NCBI GenBank assembly: GCA_963716725.1
Contig: CAVQUB010000032.1
Span: 192,001 to 256,000 of the forward strand
Reading direction: 5' to 3'
Source: an uncultured delta proteobacterium
GTDB taxonomy: Bacteria > Myxococcota_A > Polyangia > Polyangiales > Polyangiaceae
Length of the DNA stretch: 64,000 nt
Part shown: one piece after another, positions 61,554 through 64,000 of the stretch
How positions within the stretch are numbered: position 1 is the first letter of the stretch
How the letters are laid out: each line of letters starts with the position of its first letter
The notes under the pieces: model-generated
What the model was told of the DNA's origin: nothing
Database searches by the model: none
What the model saw: the letters and a program-made list of their open reading frames with translations, nothing else
Made by a program: the position numbers and the translations under genes

Positions 61554-62080
61554 AAGCTCGCTGCCTGCTCTTGCTCGCGCCAGCCCTCTTGTTGGCTGTC
61601 CCCGCCATCGCCGACGACCAAGCCGGTAGGACTCCGCCGGCCAAGGCTGACAAGCCGAAGGACCCGAAGGCCAGAGAAAACAAGAAGCCCGCCGAGCCCG
61701 AGCTGGGCACCGAGGTGATGGTCCTGCACGCGACGAACTCGGGCAAGGGCATCGACTCCCGCATCGGCAACATGCCCGAGCTGAAGAAGCCCCCGTTCTC
61801 GTCGTACGACAGCTACGAGTTCGTCTCCAAGACGCGCTTGCAGCTCTCGAAAGACGACAAGACGATGACCCTGCCCAATGGCAGGGTTCTGAAGACCAAG
61901 CTGCTGGAGGTGATGCCGGACAAGCAGCACCTGCGCATCAGCGCGAGCATCAACCAGCCGAGGGGCAAGACCTTCCTGCCGCTCTTGGAGGTGAAGGCCA
62001 AGGTCGGCCAGACCTTCATCGTCGCCGGCCAGAGTTACAAAGGCGGGATCTTGGTGCTCGTGATCCGTGTGGTGAAGTGA
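61550..62080 (+). CDS. Secreted hypothetical protein
   Basis: Signal peptide; C-terminal FIVAGQSYKGGILVLVI; coupled to anti-sigma gene. Confidence 0.65.
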   Translation: MKARCLLLLAPALLLAVPAIADDQAGRTPPAKADKPKDPKARENKKPAEPELGTEVMVLHATNSGKGIDSRIGNMPELKKPPFSSYDSYEFVSKTRLQLSKDDKTMTLPNGRVLKTKLLEVMPDKQHLRISASINQPRGKTFLPLLEVKAKVGQTFIVAGQSYKGGILVLVIRVVK

Positions 62081-62085
62081 ACCGG

Positions 62086-63357
62086 TCAGCCGCGTGTTGG
62101 AGGTGGCTTCGTCGAGCCTCTCCGGGCGGCCGCCGGTAACTCGAGCACGAACGTCGTCCCCATATCCAGCGTGCTCGTGACGGACACCGTCCCGCCGTGG
62201 GCGATGACGATGTCGCGCACGATCGACAGTCCGAGCCCCGTCCCGCGGCCTTCGGTCTTGGTCGTGAAGAAAGGCTCAAACACCTGGTCGATATGGCCGG
62301 GGTCGATGCCGGCACCTTCGTCGTCGACTCTTATTTGGATACGGTTCGACGCAGGCTCGACCTCGGTCGTGATCACGAGTCGGCCGCCACGTCCCGTCAT
62401 GGAGTGGGAGGCGTTGGTGAAGACGTTGACAAAAACCTGCGTCAGCTGTCCGCCCAGGCCCAGCACTGCGGGCAGCCCCGGTTTCCAGTGGCGTTCCACC
62501 TTGACCTCCGACTTCTCGAGTTCGTGCTCACAGAAGACCAGGGCCTTGTCGATGACCTCGTGGATCTGCACGGGTGCGGGCACGTCCGCCGAGGGGCGCG
62601 CGTAGGCCACCAGGTCCCGGGAGAACCTCAAGATCCGCTGCGCTGCCTCGCCGATGCGTCGCGCTCGTTCGACGTCGTCGCTCGAGTCGTCGCGGGTCTC
62701 GAGCCGACGCTTCAGGTAGTCGGCATAAGCGACGATGGAGGTGAGCGGATTGTTGAGTTCGTGCACGACGCCAGCCACGATCTGACCCAGCGAGGCGAGC
62801 TTCTCGGTCTGAATCACCTGCGCTTGCAGGCGCTTCATGGCGGTAGCGCTCAGGGCCTTGCGTTCGAGAGAGCGCGCGCGGCGGATGCTCGCCTCGAGCA
62901 ATGGCACCGCGCGAGTCAGCACCGGCTCGTTCATGGCGCTCAGACGTGCGCGGTCGTCGGTGCCGATGTGGAAGGTGGAGCCGGTCAGCGCCTCGGACAA
63001 CTGCGAGACCTGCTCGTAGGCCAGCCCGGGAAAAAGCCGACTGGGATCGTGACCCCTGCCCGCCTCGACCCCGTCGGGTAGGCGCACCTCCACCAGTTGC
63101 TCGCCCCGGGCCGCGTCCACCACGCAGACGCCGAGGGCGAGATCGGGCAGGAGGGGGCCCAGGCGATCGAGAAAGAGCTGCACTACGGCGTGCGGTCCTT
63201 CCTCCACGGGCAGGTCGATGGCCAGGTAATAAAGCTGATCGAGCGTGGCGCCGTCGATGGGAGCGCGCAGGCCCGAAGGCGTGGGCGCGAGCTCTCGCAG
63301 ATCGGACGCTTCGGTGCGCGGGGGCTCGGTGGAGCGGTCGTCGTCGCGGGCGGTCAT
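62086..63357 (-). CDS. Cytoplasmic sensor histidine kinase
   Basis: H-box VVHELNNPL, NVFTNASHS, DEGAGI, PFFTTK, GTGLGL. Confidence 0.92.
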   Translation of the reverse strand: MTARDDDRSTEPPRTEASDLRELAPTPSGLRAPIDGATLDQLYYLAIDLPVEEGPHAVVQLFLDRLGPLLPDLALGVCVVDAARGEQLVEVRLPDGVEAGRGHDPSRLFPGLAYEQVSQLSEALTGSTFHIGTDDRARLSAMNEPVLTRAVPLLEASIRRARSLERKALSATAMKRLQAQVIQTEKLASLGQIVAGVVHELNNPLTSIVAYADYLKRRLETRDDSSDDVERARRIGEAAQRILRFSRDLVAYARPSADVPAPVQIHEVIDKALVFCEHELEKSEVKVERHWKPGLPAVLGLGGQLTQVFVNVFTNASHSMTGRGGRLVITTEVEPASNRIQIRVDDEGAGIDPGHIDQVFEPFFTTKTEGRGTGLGLSIVRDIVIAHGGTVSVTSTLDMGTTFVLELPAAARRGSTKPPPTRG

Positions 63358-64000
63358 CGGCCGGCCCTCCCTCCCCCGGAGTCGTCTGCCGCCTTCTCGA
63401 GGTCGAGGATCTTGGCGCTACCGACGTAGTTCTTCGTCTCGTACTTGGTGATCTTGCCGATCTTCCGCACGATCTCTGCCATGCGCTCGGCCTCGGAGAT
63501 GATCACCTCGGCCGCCTTGCCGTGGCTGGAACCCGACCCCAGGCCACGGCGCAAGAGCTCGGCGTAGCCAATCACACTGGTGAGCGGTTGGTTCAGCTCG
63601 TGAGCGGCGGCGCCGGCGAGCTCTGCCACGAAGGCGGTCTTCTCCCGGGCCCGCAGCTCGTCCTGGGCCCGATTCAGTCGAGCTTCCATCCGCAAGCGGT
63701 CGCGAATGTCCGTGAATACGCCTACGGAGCCCACGGGCTTACCCTCTTCGACGATCAGCGCGGCGGACAGCGTGACCGGAATCAACTCTCCGGTCGCGCT
63801 GATCATGTCCACCCGGCAATCCTCGAGGCGCCCCGGTCCGCTGAAGTTCGGGTCGCGGATCTTGTTCATGATCTCCCGGGCCACGCCCGGTGGGTAGAGC
63901 GACTCCACGTTCCTCCTGCCCACCACTTCTCCCGGAGCAAAACCGAAAATGCGGGACGCGGCTCGGTTGAAGAGCAGCAGCGTGCCTTTCATGTCCGCCG
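63354..64000 (-). CDS. PAS + HisKA protein lacking an ATPase (CA) domain; 5'-truncated by window edge
   Basis: FNRAASRIFG...SVGVFTDI PAS; AAHELNQPL H-box; stop about 75 aa later with no N/G boxes. Confidence 0.8.
   Translation of the reverse strand, partial: ADMKGTLLLFNRAASRIFGFAPGEVVGRRNVESLYPPGVAREIMNKIRDPNFSGPGRLEDCRVDMISATGELIPVTLSAALIVEEGKPVGSVGVFTDIRDRLRMEARLNRAQDELRAREKTAFVAELAGAAAHELNQPLTSVIGYAELLRRGLGSGSSHGKAAEVIISEAERMAEIVRKIGKITKYETKNYVGSAKILDLEKAADDSGGGRAGR

Overview
High-GC bacterial DNA, most likely from a myxobacterium (Myxococcota, Polyangiales-like). Support: a TIGR04563-type small protein, many Gly/Ser-linker lipoproteins, orphan histidine kinases and an ECF sigma locus. 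About 55 protein-coding genes; I saw no rRNA, tRNA, CRISPR array or transposase. Two loci stand out. (1) A ~17 kb minus-strand catabolic operon at 22532-39867 encodes indolepyruvate oxidoreductase (IorA carrying a GltD-like flavoprotein module, plus IorB), hydantoinase/oxoprolinase A and B, acyl-CoA dehydrogenase, a two-subunit B12 acyl-CoA mutase with a poly-Gly active-site strand, a family III CoA-transferase, a three-subunit xanthine-dehydrogenase-family Mo enzyme and a thiolase. This closely matches the anaerobic indole-3-acetate (iaa) pathway, apparently extended to start from tryptophan/indolepyruvate. The locus is full of frameshifts, mostly +1 where I could trace them, which look like consensus artefacts. 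(2) A six-gene translationally coupled ion-homeostasis operon at 7471-17992 encodes a lipoprotein asparaginase, a CPA antiporter, TrkA, TrkH, a ~1400-aa CPA-helical-P-loop-wHTH fusion and MscS. At least seven genes also carry a TAnnnT -10 box 6-8 nt upstream of the start codon, a leaderless-mRNA signature. All product calls come from motif recognition by eye; no searches were run.
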